In this document: in pieces, positions 54,031 to 64,000 of the stretch
Layout of the letters: every line of letters begins with the position of its first letter
Numbering within the stretch: the first letter of the stretch is position 1
Source of the DNA: Candidatus Saccharimonadota bacterium
GTDB taxonomy: Bacteria > Patescibacteriota > Saccharimonadia > Saccharimonadales > UBA4665
Assembly: GCA_027450065.1 (NCBI GenBank)
Contig: DAIDKK010000001.1
Span: forward strand, 13,438-77,437
Length of the DNA: 64,000 nucleotides
Reading direction: 5' to 3'
Notes under the pieces: model-generated
What the model was told of the DNA's origin: nothing
The model's database searches: none
The model's input: only the letters and a program-made list of their open reading frames with translations
Translations under genes and position numbers: made by a program

Positions 54031-55098
54031 ATGCCAAAGAACGTAAACGTAACAATGGACGATTTGCTCGCTGGCTCTGAGCTTAAGCAGCTCGAAGCGG
54101 GTGACGTCATAGAAGGAACAATCAGCTCGGTTCGAAAGCACCAAGTCTGGATTGATTTAGGCCCAAGAGGGGTGGGGGTGGTCATGCGCCGAGAGGTCGG
54201 GCACGGTCAGTCACTCGAGGAAGGTCATCCCGTCACGGTGAGTGTTATCGATCCGGAGATGGATGAGGGCTATGCATTGCTGAGCATGCGCCGAGCTGCC
54301 AAAGACCGCGGCTGGGATGAACTGCAGCGTGTGTTTGAAGCCAGTGAAATTATTGAGATTGTTGCCTATGACGCCAATCGCGGTGGACTGTTGGTGGAGC
54401 TCGAAGGCATTCGTGGCTTCTTACCAGTGTCACAGCTGGCTGCGGGACATTACCCACGGGTTAGTGGAGCCGATAAGGATGAGATTTTACAGAAGCTTAA
54501 TGCACTTACTAATAAGCCTATTCGAGTCCGTATACTCGATGTGAGCCGCAAAGATAACAAACTTATCTTTTCTGAAAAAGAGGCCGTCAAGGACGATATG
54601 CAAGCTCGTTTTTCCGAACTGAAGGTTGGTGATGAGGTTGAGGGAATTGTAACGGGTGTAATTGATTTTGGTGCATTCGTGAATGTTGATGGCATCGAAG
54701 GCCTGATTCACATCTCAGAGATTAGCTGGGAACGTGTTGAGAACCCACGGGATTATGTGAAGGTCGGCGAAACGGTCAAGACAAAGATAATTGCTATTGA
54801 TAAAGATCGACTCTCGCTCAGTCTCAAGCAGATGACCGAAGACCCATGGCTGAAGGAAGTAAAAGCCTTCAAAAAGGGTGAAAAAGTCGAGGGCAAAGTA
54901 ACTCGCATTACACCATTTGGTGCATTTGTGCAGCTAAGCCCAAGCGTAGAGGCACTTGTCCATGTTAGTGAAATGGGCGATGACGAAAGCATTGATCCGG
55001 AGAAAATCTTCCAGCTCAATGAAAAGAAGTCATTTAAGGTCCTTGATATCGATACGGATGCCCGCAAGATATCATTGAGCCTTAAAGGTACAAAGTAA
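54031..55098 (+). CDS. rpsA: 30S ribosomal protein S1
   Basis: Four S1 repeats (FGAFV...EGLIHISEISW); SD aaggagg. Confidence 0.93.
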   Translation: MPKNVNVTMDDLLAGSELKQLEAGDVIEGTISSVRKHQVWIDLGPRGVGVVMRREVGHGQSLEEGHPVTVSVIDPEMDEGYALLSMRRAAKDRGWDELQRVFEASEIIEIVAYDANRGGLLVELEGIRGFLPVSQLAAGHYPRVSGADKDEILQKLNALTNKPIRVRILDVSRKDNKLIFSEKEAVKDDMQARFSELKVGDEVEGIVTGVIDFGAFVNVDGIEGLIHISEISWERVENPRDYVKVGETVKTKIIAIDKDRLSLSLKQMTEDPWLKEVKAFKKGEKVEGKVTRITPFGAFVQLSPSVEALVHVSEMGDDESIDPEKIFQLNEKKSFKVLDIDTDARKISLSLKGTK

Positions 55099-55179
55099 CT
55101 TAAGGCGTGAGCCCCGTGGAGCTTATCTCCGCAGGGCTTACGGTATGGGCATTCAACGTAATAAGAAGGGAGCACACAT

Positions 55180-56943
55180 ATGGTAGCATCGATAGAAGTT
55201 GCAGATACTATTACTGTCGGTGAGCTTGCAGAAGTGCTCCAATTACCTGCAACCAGACTCATTGGTGAATTATTTAAAAATGGAATCGTCGCCACGATTA
55301 ATGAGCGACTTGATTTTGATACAGCTCAAATAATTGTCAGCGAACTAGGGCTCGACGTGGAACTCCACAAGAAGAGTGTAGAAATCGAGCCCGTGAAGCG
55401 TGTAAAGACTGCGCCAAGCGCCAATGCAACTGAGCGACCGCCAGTAGTTGCCGTAATGGGCCATGTTGATCACGGCAAAACGAGCCTACTCGATGCTATC
55501 CGCGGCGCCGAGGTCGCGAAGAGTGAAGCAGGCGGCATAACGCAGCATATCTCAGCCTATCAGGTAACCCATAAAGGTAGAGTTATTACGTTCCTTGACA
55601 CTCCTGGCCATGAAGCATTTGCTGCTATCAGAGAGCATGGGGCGCATCTGACGGATATTGTTGTTATCGTGGTGGCTGCAGATGATGGCGTGAAGCCACA
55701 AACAATTGAGGCTATACGATTCGCACGAAAAGCAGGCGTTCGTATTGTAGTGGCTATAAACAAAATAGATAAGGAGGGCGCAAATGAGGCCCTCGTGAAG
55801 CAGCAACTGGCAGAACAGAATCTCCTTATCGAAGAGTGGGGTGGTGATATTATGGTGGTCCCAGTTTCTGCCAAAACTGGCCAAGGTGTCGAATTACTTC
55901 TCGATATGCTACTTCTAGTGAGTGATGTAGAAGAATTACGTGCTGATGCGACAGCTCCAGCGCGCGGACTTATTATAGAAGCGCATCTTGAACACGGGCG
56001 CGGTCCAATTGCACATGCGCTTGTCGAGCAGGGTACCTTGAGACCGGGGCTGTTTGTTGTGGCGGGTCATACCTACGCAAAAATTCGAAATCTCGAATCA
56101 ACAACCAGTGAGCCACTTACCACTGCCGGACCATCGACGCCAGTCGTGATAAGTGGGTTTAAAACGCTACCTGAGTTCGGCGACCCATTTGTCATCGTGC
56201 ATAGCGAACGTGAAGCAAGAAGTATGGCGGAGGCAGCTGCGGAGCAGGCGGGTAAGACGCACCGCGCTGATATGAACAGTAGTGAACTGCTGCGTATTAT
56301 TAGTCGCTCAGACACCCTGCGGGAGCTTCCTGTTATTATTAAAGGTGACGTACAGGGTTCACTGGCATCAGTTATAGATAGCATTAAGAGCATCGACACC
56401 GAAGAAGTAGCGGTACGTGTCATAAGCTCGAGTGTTGGCATCGTCAATGAGAATGATGTGCACATGGCGAGTAGTTCTGAGCCGAAGGCTATAATTTATG
56501 GTTTTGGTACAACTGTGCCGAATAACATCAAACAGCTCGCCAGCCGTGATAGCGTATCAATCCGCTTATTTACCGTCATTTACGAACTAATAGATGATGT
56601 TCGTGAAGAACTCTCGAAGCTACTTGCTCCAGAGGTAATCAAGAAAGAACTCGGCGTACTAGAAATTAAGGGTGTGTTCAAGACAACTAAGACTGAAATT
56701 ATTTGTGGTGGTGAAGTACTGAGCGGTAAGCTGACAGCACCTGCGCAAGTAGAGATCACGAGAGGCAAGAATGTCATTGGCGAGGCTAAGCTTACCGGGT
56801 TGAAGCGTGGGCCCAATGATGCAAAAGACCTTGCCGAAGGTGAACTGGGGGGCATTAATTTGCAGACTAGTTCTCGACTTGATCTAGAGATCGGCGATAC
56901 GTTGACAGTATTTACCCTAGAAACAAAGGAGCGCACTCTTTAA
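55180..56943 (+). CDS. infB: Translation initiation factor IF-2
   Basis: RPPVVAVMGHVDHGKTSLLD, EAGGITQHI, DTPGHEAF, NKID. Confidence 0.97.
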   Translation: MVASIEVADTITVGELAEVLQLPATRLIGELFKNGIVATINERLDFDTAQIIVSELGLDVELHKKSVEIEPVKRVKTAPSANATERPPVVAVMGHVDHGKTSLLDAIRGAEVAKSEAGGITQHISAYQVTHKGRVITFLDTPGHEAFAAIREHGAHLTDIVVIVVAADDGVKPQTIEAIRFARKAGVRIVVAINKIDKEGANEALVKQQLAEQNLLIEEWGGDIMVVPVSAKTGQGVELLLDMLLLVSDVEELRADATAPARGLIIEAHLEHGRGPIAHALVEQGTLRPGLFVVAGHTYAKIRNLESTTSEPLTTAGPSTPVVISGFKTLPEFGDPFVIVHSEREARSMAEAAAEQAGKTHRADMNSSELLRIISRSDTLRELPVIIKGDVQGSLASVIDSIKSIDTEEVAVRVISSSVGIVNENDVHMASSSEPKAIIYGFGTTVPNNIKQLASRDSVSIRLFTVIYELIDDVREELSKLLAPEVIKKELGVLEIKGVFKTTKTEIICGGEVLSGKLTAPAQVEITRGKNVIGEAKLTGLKRGPNDAKDLAEGELGGINLQTSSRLDLEIGDTLTVFTLETKERTL

Positions 56944-56966
56944 AAGGAAGGGTGTACAATAAAAGT

Positions 56967-57335
56967 ATGTTAAAGCTCGATAACAGTTTACTAGAAGAAC
57001 TCGGACTCGGAAGCTTGCCAGATGACCAAAAGAAGGCAATGCTCCAACATATTTATGAAACGCTAGAGTTACGCGTGGGCACGCAGTTAGCCAATCAGAT
57101 GACGGATAGGCAACTCGAAGAATTTGAGCAATTCATTGATGCCGGAGGCGATAATAACCAAGACCAAGCTCTACATTGGCTCGAGACTAATTTGCCAAAT
57201 TATAAGCAGGTCGTAAATGATGTATTTGAAGCTCTCAAAGCTGAAATTAAGCAAACAGCTCCACAGATTGTAGCTGCTAGCGTACAGCAGGCCCCATCGG
57301 TTCAAGGGGGTGCTCAAGGTACCCTGTCGCAGTAA
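56967..57335 (+). CDS. Conserved hypothetical helical protein
   Basis: L.ELGL..LP...K..ML.HIYETLELRVG pattern, familiar from CPR proteins; function unknown. Confidence 0.7.
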   Translation: MLKLDNSLLEELGLGSLPDDQKKAMLQHIYETLELRVGTQLANQMTDRQLEEFEQFIDAGGDNNQDQALHWLETNLPNYKQVVNDVFEALKAEIKQTAPQIVAASVQQAPSVQGGAQGTLSQ

Positions 57336-57403
57336 TAGATTGAGAGAAGTGAGTTACGCCAAACCTAAAATAGCCCTCTAAAGGGCTATTTTTCATATAC
57401 AAA

Positions 57404-57480
57404 TGGTGGAGTATGGCGGAGTCGAACCGCCGACCTCGGCAATGCGAATGCCGCGCTCTAGCCAACTGAGCTAATACCCC
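57404..57480 (-). tRNA. tRNA-Ala(CGC)
   Basis: GGGGTAT...ATACTCC-ACCA; anticodon TT-CGC-AT; G3:U70. Confidence 0.95.
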
Positions 57481-57524
57481 ACGGTGCTAGACTAGCTACA
57501 TCTTACGGATTCCGACATCTATCT

Positions 57525-58499
57525 TCAAGTACTCTTTGGAGTGGTGGTAATTCGTTCTAGGCTTTGGCCGTAGCCAGCTATGAACGCAGAGGCACTCATT
57601 TCGGATTTACCAGAAGGTTTCAACGTATCAATCGCAAGGGCTCCAGTATGAGTCTGGATAAGGAGGTCTTTATTATAAACGTATGCTGTACCAGTGGCTG
57701 CATTCATGACATAGGACCCCGCGACATGAGCGGCTGTAACAATGACGTCTTTAGTGGCAATGGTGGTATGACTTTTTGGCCACTCAAGATAAGCTCGTAT
57801 CTCTCGCTCAAGCATTGTGGCGGGCTTTTGAAAATCAAGCGTGCCATCTTCTTTGGTGAGTTTGCGAGAGTAGGTTGGCTCTGAAGCCGCTCGCGTTGCA
57901 GCTTCTTGCGGAACGGGTCGTAGGGTGCCGCTCAAATATTGGGGGAGTATGTTGCACAGTAATGTATAGCTTACTTTAATCAAATTCTGGGTTAATGTCG
58001 GGGTGGTTTCCCGGGGAACTATCTCGTACGGAGCTTGTGCAAGTAGAGGGCCTTCATCCATCGCCTTCACGAGCAGCATAAGGCTTACGCCAGTCTGCTG
58101 CTGGCCGCTTAAAATAGCAAAGGTTATAGGATCGGCTCCCCGCCATTCGGGCAGGAGGCTAAAGTGACTGTTCACAATTCCGAGCGGAAAACTATCAATG
58201 ACATCCTGCCCTACGATAATGCCAAAATCAATAAGCACCGCAACGCGACTCTTGAAACCGGCTGTCGCTATTTTGGTCGATAGCTCTGTTCTGTCTGTGG
58301 TAGTAATGATACGTAATCCAAGTGATTCAGCCGCGGTAATGACCGGTACGGCCCCTCGGTGCTGCGGTGGTCTTGGTTTTGTGATAACCGCTTCAATAGA
58401 GAAGGAGTTTGCGAGTAATTGCAGTGAAGCTGCCGCTACCGGCCCGCTCCCCAAAAAGACAATTGGCTCAGTAACTATTTTAGCCCCAGAGTTCGGCAT
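57525..58499 (-). CDS. fmt: Methionyl-tRNA formyltransferase
   Basis: IVFLGS, NSHFSLLPEWRGADPI, TGVSLM...MDEGP, YSRKLTKEDG. Confidence 0.93.
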   Translation of the reverse strand: MPNSGAKIVTEPIVFLGSGPVAAASLQLLANSFSIEAVITKPRPPQHRGAVPVITAAESLGLRIITTTDRTELSTKIATAGFKSRVAVLIDFGIIVGQDVIDSFPLGIVNSHFSLLPEWRGADPITFAILSGQQQTGVSLMLLVKAMDEGPLLAQAPYEIVPRETTPTLTQNLIKVSYTLLCNILPQYLSGTLRPVPQEAATRAASEPTYSRKLTKEDGTLDFQKPATMLEREIRAYLEWPKSHTTIATKDVIVTAAHVAGSYVMNAATGTAYVYNKDLLIQTHTGALAIDTLKPSGKSEMSASAFIAGYGQSLERITTTPKST

Positions 58500-59052
58500 T
58501 ATTCTTAATCTCCGCCGCGTAGTCGAGCGGTTCTAACTTACCTTCACTATCCAAAATGTAAAACGCATCGGACTCCTCTTTGATGTGATCGATGAAGACG
58601 ATGCCATTCGTATGATCAATCTCGTGCTGGAACACCCGTGCTAAAAACCCATTTGCCGTCACGCGTACTTCTTTACCGTGTTCATTGAGGGCCTTCACGC
58701 GAACCTTACTATATCGTGGTACCAGACCATATACATTCTTGACGCTTAAGCAACCTTCGTAGTCTAGCAACACCTCACCTTCATATTTTGTTATCTCTGG
58801 GTTGATGAATACCCGGAAGGTCTTATCGGCTTTGTCATCAAAGTCATTGCGTATCACTACGACTCTATGCAAGGCATCGATTTGTACAGCTGCCAGTGCC
58901 ACACCAACTTCATGTTCACGACTCTGCTCCCACGAAAGCGTTGCCTCTTCCATGTCGGCTATGAGCTGCTGTATGTCATCTCCAATATAGCCAACGCGTT
59001 TCGACCGTTGGCGCAGGTGCGGATTAGGTAGGGTTATAAGTTTTCTGCTCAT
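58480..59052 (-). CDS. def: Peptide deformylase
   Basis: GVALAAVQI, EGCLSV, QHEIDH. Confidence 0.96.
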   Translation of the reverse strand: MSRKLITLPNPHLRQRSKRVGYIGDDIQQLIADMEEATLSWEQSREHEVGVALAAVQIDALHRVVVIRNDFDDKADKTFRVFINPEITKYEGEVLLDYEGCLSVKNVYGLVPRYSKVRVKALNEHGKEVRVTANGFLARVFQHEIDHTNGIVFIDHIKEESDAFYILDSEGKLEPLDYAAEIKNNAELWG

Positions 59053-59127
59053 TATGGGTAGTATAACAGATAGTCACCCTTCTTTTAACGGATACATACT
59101 GCCGCCGGTGAATGATTCTGCTCTACA

Positions 59128-61068
59128 CTACAACAACGTCGTTGGGTCTATATCATGCGACCAGCCGGAGGGAAGCGTTTGAATAATGTCGACTAGCTGG
59201 CTCCGTGAAGCACTTTTTATAATCAGTTGCCATCTAAATTTACCGTGCTCTCGTGTATGAAAACTTGGCGATGGACCTTCGATAAGAATCGTGGGATGAG
59301 ATTTCTGCAACTTTTGCTGCAATGCAGAGGCGGTTTTCTCGGCAGCTTGAGTAGTTGCCCGGGCGCAGGTGAGTTTTAGGAGAAACGTGAAAGGGGGGAA
59401 GCGAAAGGTTTTTCGCTCGTGAATTTCTTGATCATAGAAACTAGACCAATCTTGAGTCGTGGCTGCGCGAATAATTGGCTGATCTGGATTATATGTTTGA
59501 ATAATGACCGATCCAGATCGGTGCCCACGACCAGTTCGTCCGACAACCTGCGTCAAGAGCTGGTAGGTTCGCTCACTCGCAGAATAATCAGGTATTGCCA
59601 GGCTGCTATCGGCATTTAAGACGCCAACGACTGAGAGCTTGGGAAGATCAAGACCCTTTGTAACCATTTGGGTGCCGACAATAACATCGATAGTACCCTT
59701 CTGAAGTTGTGCCAATTGTTCTTCAATCTGGTCTGACTTTTCGATGTCACTGTCGAATCGATGGATTCTTGCCCCCGGGAATAACCGTTGTGCTTCCTCT
59801 ACTACCGCCTTTGTCCCAATTGTTTTGAGCAATATATCGGTGTTGTTACACTCGGGGCAAGAAGTTGGTAGCGGCCACGTTCGGCCGCATACGTGGCACC
59901 GAGTCAGATGAGTATCACTGTGGTAGGTGAGGGGTAAATCGCAGTGCGTGCAGAGAGCCTGCCAACCGCATGCGTTACATAGTATGGCACCTGCCGTTCC
60001 GCGTCGGTTCAAAAATAAAAGTGCTTGCTCTCTGTTTGCGAGTGCTTCCTGCATAGCGCTGATGAGACGGTCGCTCACGATAGTGCTCTTCGCAAAATTG
60101 CTTCGCTCGCGCAGGTCAACAATATGGGTCGTGACTTCATGTGTGGTAGTGTGATTCTGTGTCGCCAACTGTTGGAGCGTGAGAATTGGTCGATTTTTGG
60201 CCGACGCCATATAGTATTCCTCAACATTCGGCGTAGCCGACCCACTCACCATGCAGGCATCATGTAGCTCGGCAAGTTTCGCGGCAACTCGTTCGGTGCG
60301 GTAGTACGGAGCATTCTCGTTCTTGTATGCCTGATCATGAGCTTCATCTATAACAATGAGTCCCAAATTACGCAGTGGCGCAAACAACGCCGAGCGTGGC
60401 CCTATGACCACAACCGGCAATTCGCTGCGAAGGATTTCATACCAAATGTCCCTGCGTTCGGCAGCGGTCTGGCGTGAATGAAGTACGAATACTGGTGCCG
60501 ATAGGCTTTCTTCCAGACTTTTTACAAGTTGGGCGGTTAGACCAATCTCTGGAGTTAATATAATTGCTGAACGATTTTCTTTCAGTGTCCGTATCGCGAG
60601 CTCTATGTATATTCTTGTTTTGCCGCTTCCAGTAATTCCGTGCAAAAGATGATAGCCACTGCTTTGAATCTGTTGCAAAGCGCTCCGCTGCTCGCTAGTA
60701 AGTTCGGGCAGTGAGGCGCTACCTGCAGATGTGCTACTGCTGCTCCCCGTATTCATTTTTGGAAAAGCAGTACTGGGCGGTAGAAAAAGTCGAATAACTG
60801 AACCAAATGATGCAGGATAGTAGGCGTACAGCCAGTTTATGAGCTGTAGAGATTCGGCGGGTAGGGGAGGTGCTTGAGCAATAGCCGCAATAGGTTTCAC
60901 CGCAAACGCTGGTTCGGCAGCGATACGGGCGACAATACCCAGCACTGATCTATTGCGCAAGGCAATTCGTACAACACTACCGAGCTTAAGTGCCACCGAG
61001 GAAGCATACGTCAGGGTAGACTTACCATGGTAGCTCATGTCTCCCACCAAAACCTCGTAGTAGTTCAT
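59128..61068 (-). CDS. priA: Primosomal protein N'
   Basis: GITGSGKT, PEIGLT, DEAH, SATP, LNRRG, four CxxC, KGLD. Confidence 0.96.
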   Translation of the reverse strand: MNYYEVLVGDMSYHGKSTLTYASSVALKLGSVVRIALRNRSVLGIVARIAAEPAFAVKPIAAIAQAPPLPAESLQLINWLYAYYPASFGSVIRLFLPPSTAFPKMNTGSSSSTSAGSASLPELTSEQRSALQQIQSSGYHLLHGITGSGKTRIYIELAIRTLKENRSAIILTPEIGLTAQLVKSLEESLSAPVFVLHSRQTAAERRDIWYEILRSELPVVVIGPRSALFAPLRNLGLIVIDEAHDQAYKNENAPYYRTERVAAKLAELHDACMVSGSATPNVEEYYMASAKNRPILTLQQLATQNHTTTHEVTTHIVDLRERSNFAKSTIVSDRLISAMQEALANREQALLFLNRRGTAGAILCNACGWQALCTHCDLPLTYHSDTHLTRCHVCGRTWPLPTSCPECNNTDILLKTIGTKAVVEEAQRLFPGARIHRFDSDIEKSDQIEEQLAQLQKGTIDVIVGTQMVTKGLDLPKLSVVGVLNADSSLAIPDYSASERTYQLLTQVVGRTGRGHRSGSVIIQTYNPDQPIIRAATTQDWSSFYDQEIHERKTFRFPPFTFLLKLTCARATTQAAEKTASALQQKLQKSHPTILIEGPSPSFHTREHGKFRWQLIIKSASRSQLVDIIQTLPSGWSHDIDPTTLL

Positions 61069-61240
61069 CCTTCCAGTATAGATGACTCAGTACAGATTAC
61101 CGAAACAACTTGTCAAGTAGAGCATAACTTGTTGTTACAAAAAATGGTGTTGAAAAGAGGGCGCTAGATTGCTATAGTACGTACAGCACGTTGTCGTTAC
61201 GACAATATACGTTATGTAAGAGGTAAACAGGTAGGTAATC

Positions 61241-61528
61241 ATGCTAGATGTATTCATCACTTCCAGAGTTCGCCGTAAGATAATCGTGATTTATGCGAAA
61301 TACCCTGATTTTAAAACGCATGTACGAGGCCTCGCCAAGCTTATTAAAGAAGATGCCGGTAATATTCAGCGAGAGCTCAAGCGACTTGAAAAAGCGGGCT
61401 TTCTTATCTCCGAAAAGCAGGGAAATACGAAAATCTACCACACAAATAAGCAGTTCGTCATCTTTAAGGAACTGCAGAGTATCGTACTAAAGAGCCAGCG
61501 TACACAGCAGAAGCGCCACATTTCGTAG
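61241..61528 (+). CDS. Winged-HTH transcriptional regulator
   Basis: FITSRVRRKI...HVRGLA...NIQRELKRLE..G; related to the N-terminus of 25761..26381. Confidence 0.8.
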   Translation: MLDVFITSRVRRKIIVIYAKYPDFKTHVRGLAKLIKEDAGNIQRELKRLEKAGFLISEKQGNTKIYHTNKQFVIFKELQSIVLKSQRTQQKRHIS

Positions 61529-61596
61529 ATTTCCATGGTTTTTTATTGTGTCTACCCCTTGTCTCACGTATCTTAACCTGGTATACTCTCCGAAGT

Positions 61597-61812
61597 ATGA
61601 TAGAAGTTACCCGCAAAGATAGTAAAGAATCTGCCGAAAACCTTGTTCGTCGGTTTAATCGCCGCGTTCAACAGTCAGGTCTTGTGCTGACCGTGAAGCA
61701 AGGTCAGTATTTCGAAAAACCCTTGAGTAAGCGCGAGCGTCGCCTGAAGGCGATTGTTCGCAATCAGCGCAAGGCACTAAAACTCAAGCGCATTAAACTC
61801 GGCCAGCGCTAG
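61597..61812 (+). CDS. rpsU: 30S ribosomal protein S21
   Basis: EV.RK...ES.E.LVRRFNRRVQQSG....K..QYFEKP.SK. Confidence 0.88.
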   Translation: MIEVTRKDSKESAENLVRRFNRRVQQSGLVLTVKQGQYFEKPLSKRERRLKAIVRNQRKALKLKRIKLGQR

Positions 61813-61827
61813 TTTCCACTGCAATCG

Positions 61828-62277
61828 ATGATAAAACAGCAGCTTCAAGATGATGTAAAGGCCGCTATGCTCAGCGGTGATTCGGCGCGCGTTGAAACGC
61901 TCCGGGGGCTTAAGAGTGTGATTCTATATGCTGAGGTGGCGGCTGGTAAGCGTGAAGAGGGCTTGGGCGACGAAGAAATCCAAGTTCTATTTGCTAAAGA
62001 GGCCAAGAAGCGCCAGGAGAGTGCAGATTTATATGTACAAGGGGGTGCCCCTGATAGAGCGCAAAAAGAGCTTTCCGAAAAAGCTATTATTGAAACGTAC
62101 CTCCCGGTGCAGCTAAGTGAGGCCGAAATTCTGGCCATAATCGAAGACGTCATAGCGACACAAGGCGCAACTGGTCTGCAGGCAATAGGGAGTGTCATTG
62201 GTGCTGTTAAGCAGCGTACGGGTAGTACTGCTGACGGAAGTGTCATTGCAAGATTAGCAAAGGAGAAGTTACGGTGA
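61828..62277 (+). CDS. GatB/YqeY domain protein
   Basis: D.KAAM.SGD..R..TLR, KEAKKRQES...Y, YLP.QLSE, ADG; follows rpsU. Confidence 0.9.
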   Translation: MIKQQLQDDVKAAMLSGDSARVETLRGLKSVILYAEVAAGKREEGLGDEEIQVLFAKEAKKRQESADLYVQGGAPDRAQKELSEKAIIETYLPVQLSEAEILAIIEDVIATQGATGLQAIGSVIGAVKQRTGSTADGSVIARLAKEKLR

Positions 62278-62807
62278 TACTACTGATGGGGCCGGCTGGG
62301 GCAGGCAAAAGTATGCAAGGTCACAAGCTCGCGGACGAATATGGCTATGCCTATATTTCTACTGGTGAAGTCTTCCGTTTACTAATCACAGGGCATCGCC
62401 GCGCAGAAATGCTCGAGGGCAAATTACTGAGCGACGCCGAAACGATTCATGTACTCGACAAAGTACTCGATATTATTGATACCAAGGAGCAGTTTATCCT
62501 TGATGGTTTTCCACGGACTGCGAATCAGGTTACCTGGATGCTAGGCGAAATTGCAGCCGGTCGTTTTGAAAAGCCAATCGTTGTTCATTTGAATATCGAT
62601 GAAAATGAAATTCGAGCACGACTCAGCAAGCGCGGTCGTATTGATGATACGGACGAGGCCATCACCCAGCGGTATCAAGTGTACCAGGAGCAAACACAGC
62701 CAATTTTGCAGCAGATGGCTAAAGCGGGTATCGTGATACACGAATTAAGCGCTGTTGGCACGCCACTCGAAATCCATAAAAGTATAGTCACTGCTCTAGG
62801 TATCTAG
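62274..62807 (+). CDS. adk: Adenylate kinase (short-LID type)
   Basis: GPAGAGKS, ISTG..FR, ILDGFPRT..Q, RGR.DD. Confidence 0.9.
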   Translation: MILLMGPAGAGKSMQGHKLADEYGYAYISTGEVFRLLITGHRRAEMLEGKLLSDAETIHVLDKVLDIIDTKEQFILDGFPRTANQVTWMLGEIAAGRFEKPIVVHLNIDENEIRARLSKRGRIDDTDEAITQRYQVYQEQTQPILQQMAKAGIVIHELSAVGTPLEIHKSIVTALGI

Positions 62808-62809
62808 GT

Positions 62810-63556
62810 ATGACACCGAAAACAAATCAAGAAATAGGTGCGATGAGGAAGAGCGGGTTTATCCTCGCGAGTGTCCTTGAAAAAATTCGCCGTGAAGTTA
62901 TGGTAGGCATGACCCCCAAAGAGGTATCAGTACTGGCGGCCGCGGAAACTGCACGTCTCGGAGGCAAGCCTGCATTTAAGGGCTTCGAAGGCTACCCAGA
63001 TATTATTTGTATATCCAATAATAACGAGGTGCAGCATAGTATCCCGAACGAGATAGCCTTTAAAAACGGCGATATCGTTAACTTTGACTACGGCATTTCA
63101 TACGAGGGTATGATAACTGATGCAGGCATCACAGTATGTATTGGCGGTAGCCCCGATAAAGCAGCAGCTCGTTTACTGAAAGGTACCGAGGAGGCTCTGT
63201 ATGCAGGAATCGATGTTGTGCGTGAGGGGACTCGAATCGGAGACATTTCGGCAGCAATCGAACGAGTGCTGCATGCCTATGATCTCGGTATCGTCCGTGA
63301 ACTAGTTGGCCATGGGGTTGGTCACGAACTGCATGAAGCACCAGAGATTCCTAACTATGGTCGTGCTGGCACGGGCCCAGTGCTAAAGGCCGGTATGACC
63401 ATTGCCATCGAACCAATTACCACACTCGGTAGTCATAAAATATTTAGTGCTCATGACGGCTGGGCACTTTTAACAGTTGATGGAAGCCGATCAGCTCAAT
63501 TTGAACACACATTGCTTGTCACTAAAGACGGCTGCGAAATATTGACACAACTGTAG
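62810..63556 (+). CDS. map: Methionine aminopeptidase type I
   Basis: CIS.N.EV.H.IP, GHGVG..LHE.P, AIEP, SAQFEHT. Confidence 0.96.
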   Translation: MTPKTNQEIGAMRKSGFILASVLEKIRREVMVGMTPKEVSVLAAAETARLGGKPAFKGFEGYPDIICISNNNEVQHSIPNEIAFKNGDIVNFDYGISYEGMITDAGITVCIGGSPDKAAARLLKGTEEALYAGIDVVREGTRIGDISAAIERVLHAYDLGIVRELVGHGVGHELHEAPEIPNYGRAGTGPVLKAGMTIAIEPITTLGSHKIFSAHDGWALLTVDGSRSAQFEHTLLVTKDGCEILTQL

Positions 63557-63600
63557 ATAGCTTGCCATAGCGAAACAATAAGCGGTATACTGGGGTCACT

Positions 63601-64000
63601 ATGCGCGACGGCTCTGCGACTTTTCATTACGTTGGACTCGATATTGGTACCTCACATGTACGTTGTGTGATTGGTGTGCGAGATCAAAACGCTGAAGACC
63701 CGAATGCAATTTCAATTATTGGGCACGGCATGAGCGCTAATCAAGGATTACGCAAAGGGGTGGTGATGCACGTCGATGATTCAGTCGATGCGGTCGTGAA
63801 TGCCATCACGGAAGCTGAACGTATTTCGGGCGTGCGTATCGAACATGCAACGGTCAATGTAAATGGCGTGCATGTAACTGGTATGAATTCGAGGGGTACG
63901 ATTGCGATAAGCAGTCCAAACCGAGAAATTACTGCCGAAGATAGAGATAGGGTTGAAGAGGCTGCGGCAATCGTGAAGCTTCCAGCTAATCGTGAAATTC
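63601..64000 (+). CDS. ftsA: Cell division protein FtsA (3' truncated by window edge)
   Basis: Translation from ATG 63601: VGLDIGTSHVRCVIG...GLRKGVV......V.AITEAERISG. Confidence 0.92.
   Translation, partial: MRDGSATFHYVGLDIGTSHVRCVIGVRDQNAEDPNAISIIGHGMSANQGLRKGVVMHVDDSVDAVVNAITEAERISGVRIEHATVNVNGVHVTGMNSRGTIAISSPNREITAEDRDRVEEAAAIVKLPANREI

Noticed and set aside
55102..55143. Hairpin between rpsA and infB as a riboswitch
   Set aside because: It is a single stem with no recognisable aptamer, more simply a stabilising or weak terminator hairpin.

Overview
This is a 64-kb chromosomal window from a Candidate Phyla Radiation bacterium, most likely Saccharibacteria (TM7), judged from the 16S sequence and gene content. 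It uses genetic code 11. Protein genes include a complete monoderm-type type IV pilus locus (repeat adhesin, pilMNO, pilB, pilT, pilC, pilins, pilD), a Xer-family recombinase and many housekeeping genes (ndk, thrS, miaA, rpmB, rplT-rpmI-infC, gyrB-gyrA, rpsA, infB, fmt-def, priA, rpsU, adk, map, partial ftsA). RNA genes are RNase P RNA, 9 tRNAs and a split rRNA locus. The most unusual observations are five. (1) A dockerin-bearing S53 protease and a membrane-anchored cohesin-like protein sit convergently between 16S and tRNA-Ala/Ile-23S, a candidate surface cohesin-dockerin protease system. (2) Two families of dispersed structured repeats with compensatory base changes abut tRNA and 5S genes, alongside duplicated tRNA ends with hairpins. 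(3) A T-box with an ultrashort stem I precedes thrS. (4) Three promoter-to-terminator structured RNAs have no obvious family. (5) The 16S and 23S rRNAs carry large insertions. All calls were made by eye from sequence motifs; no database searches were run.
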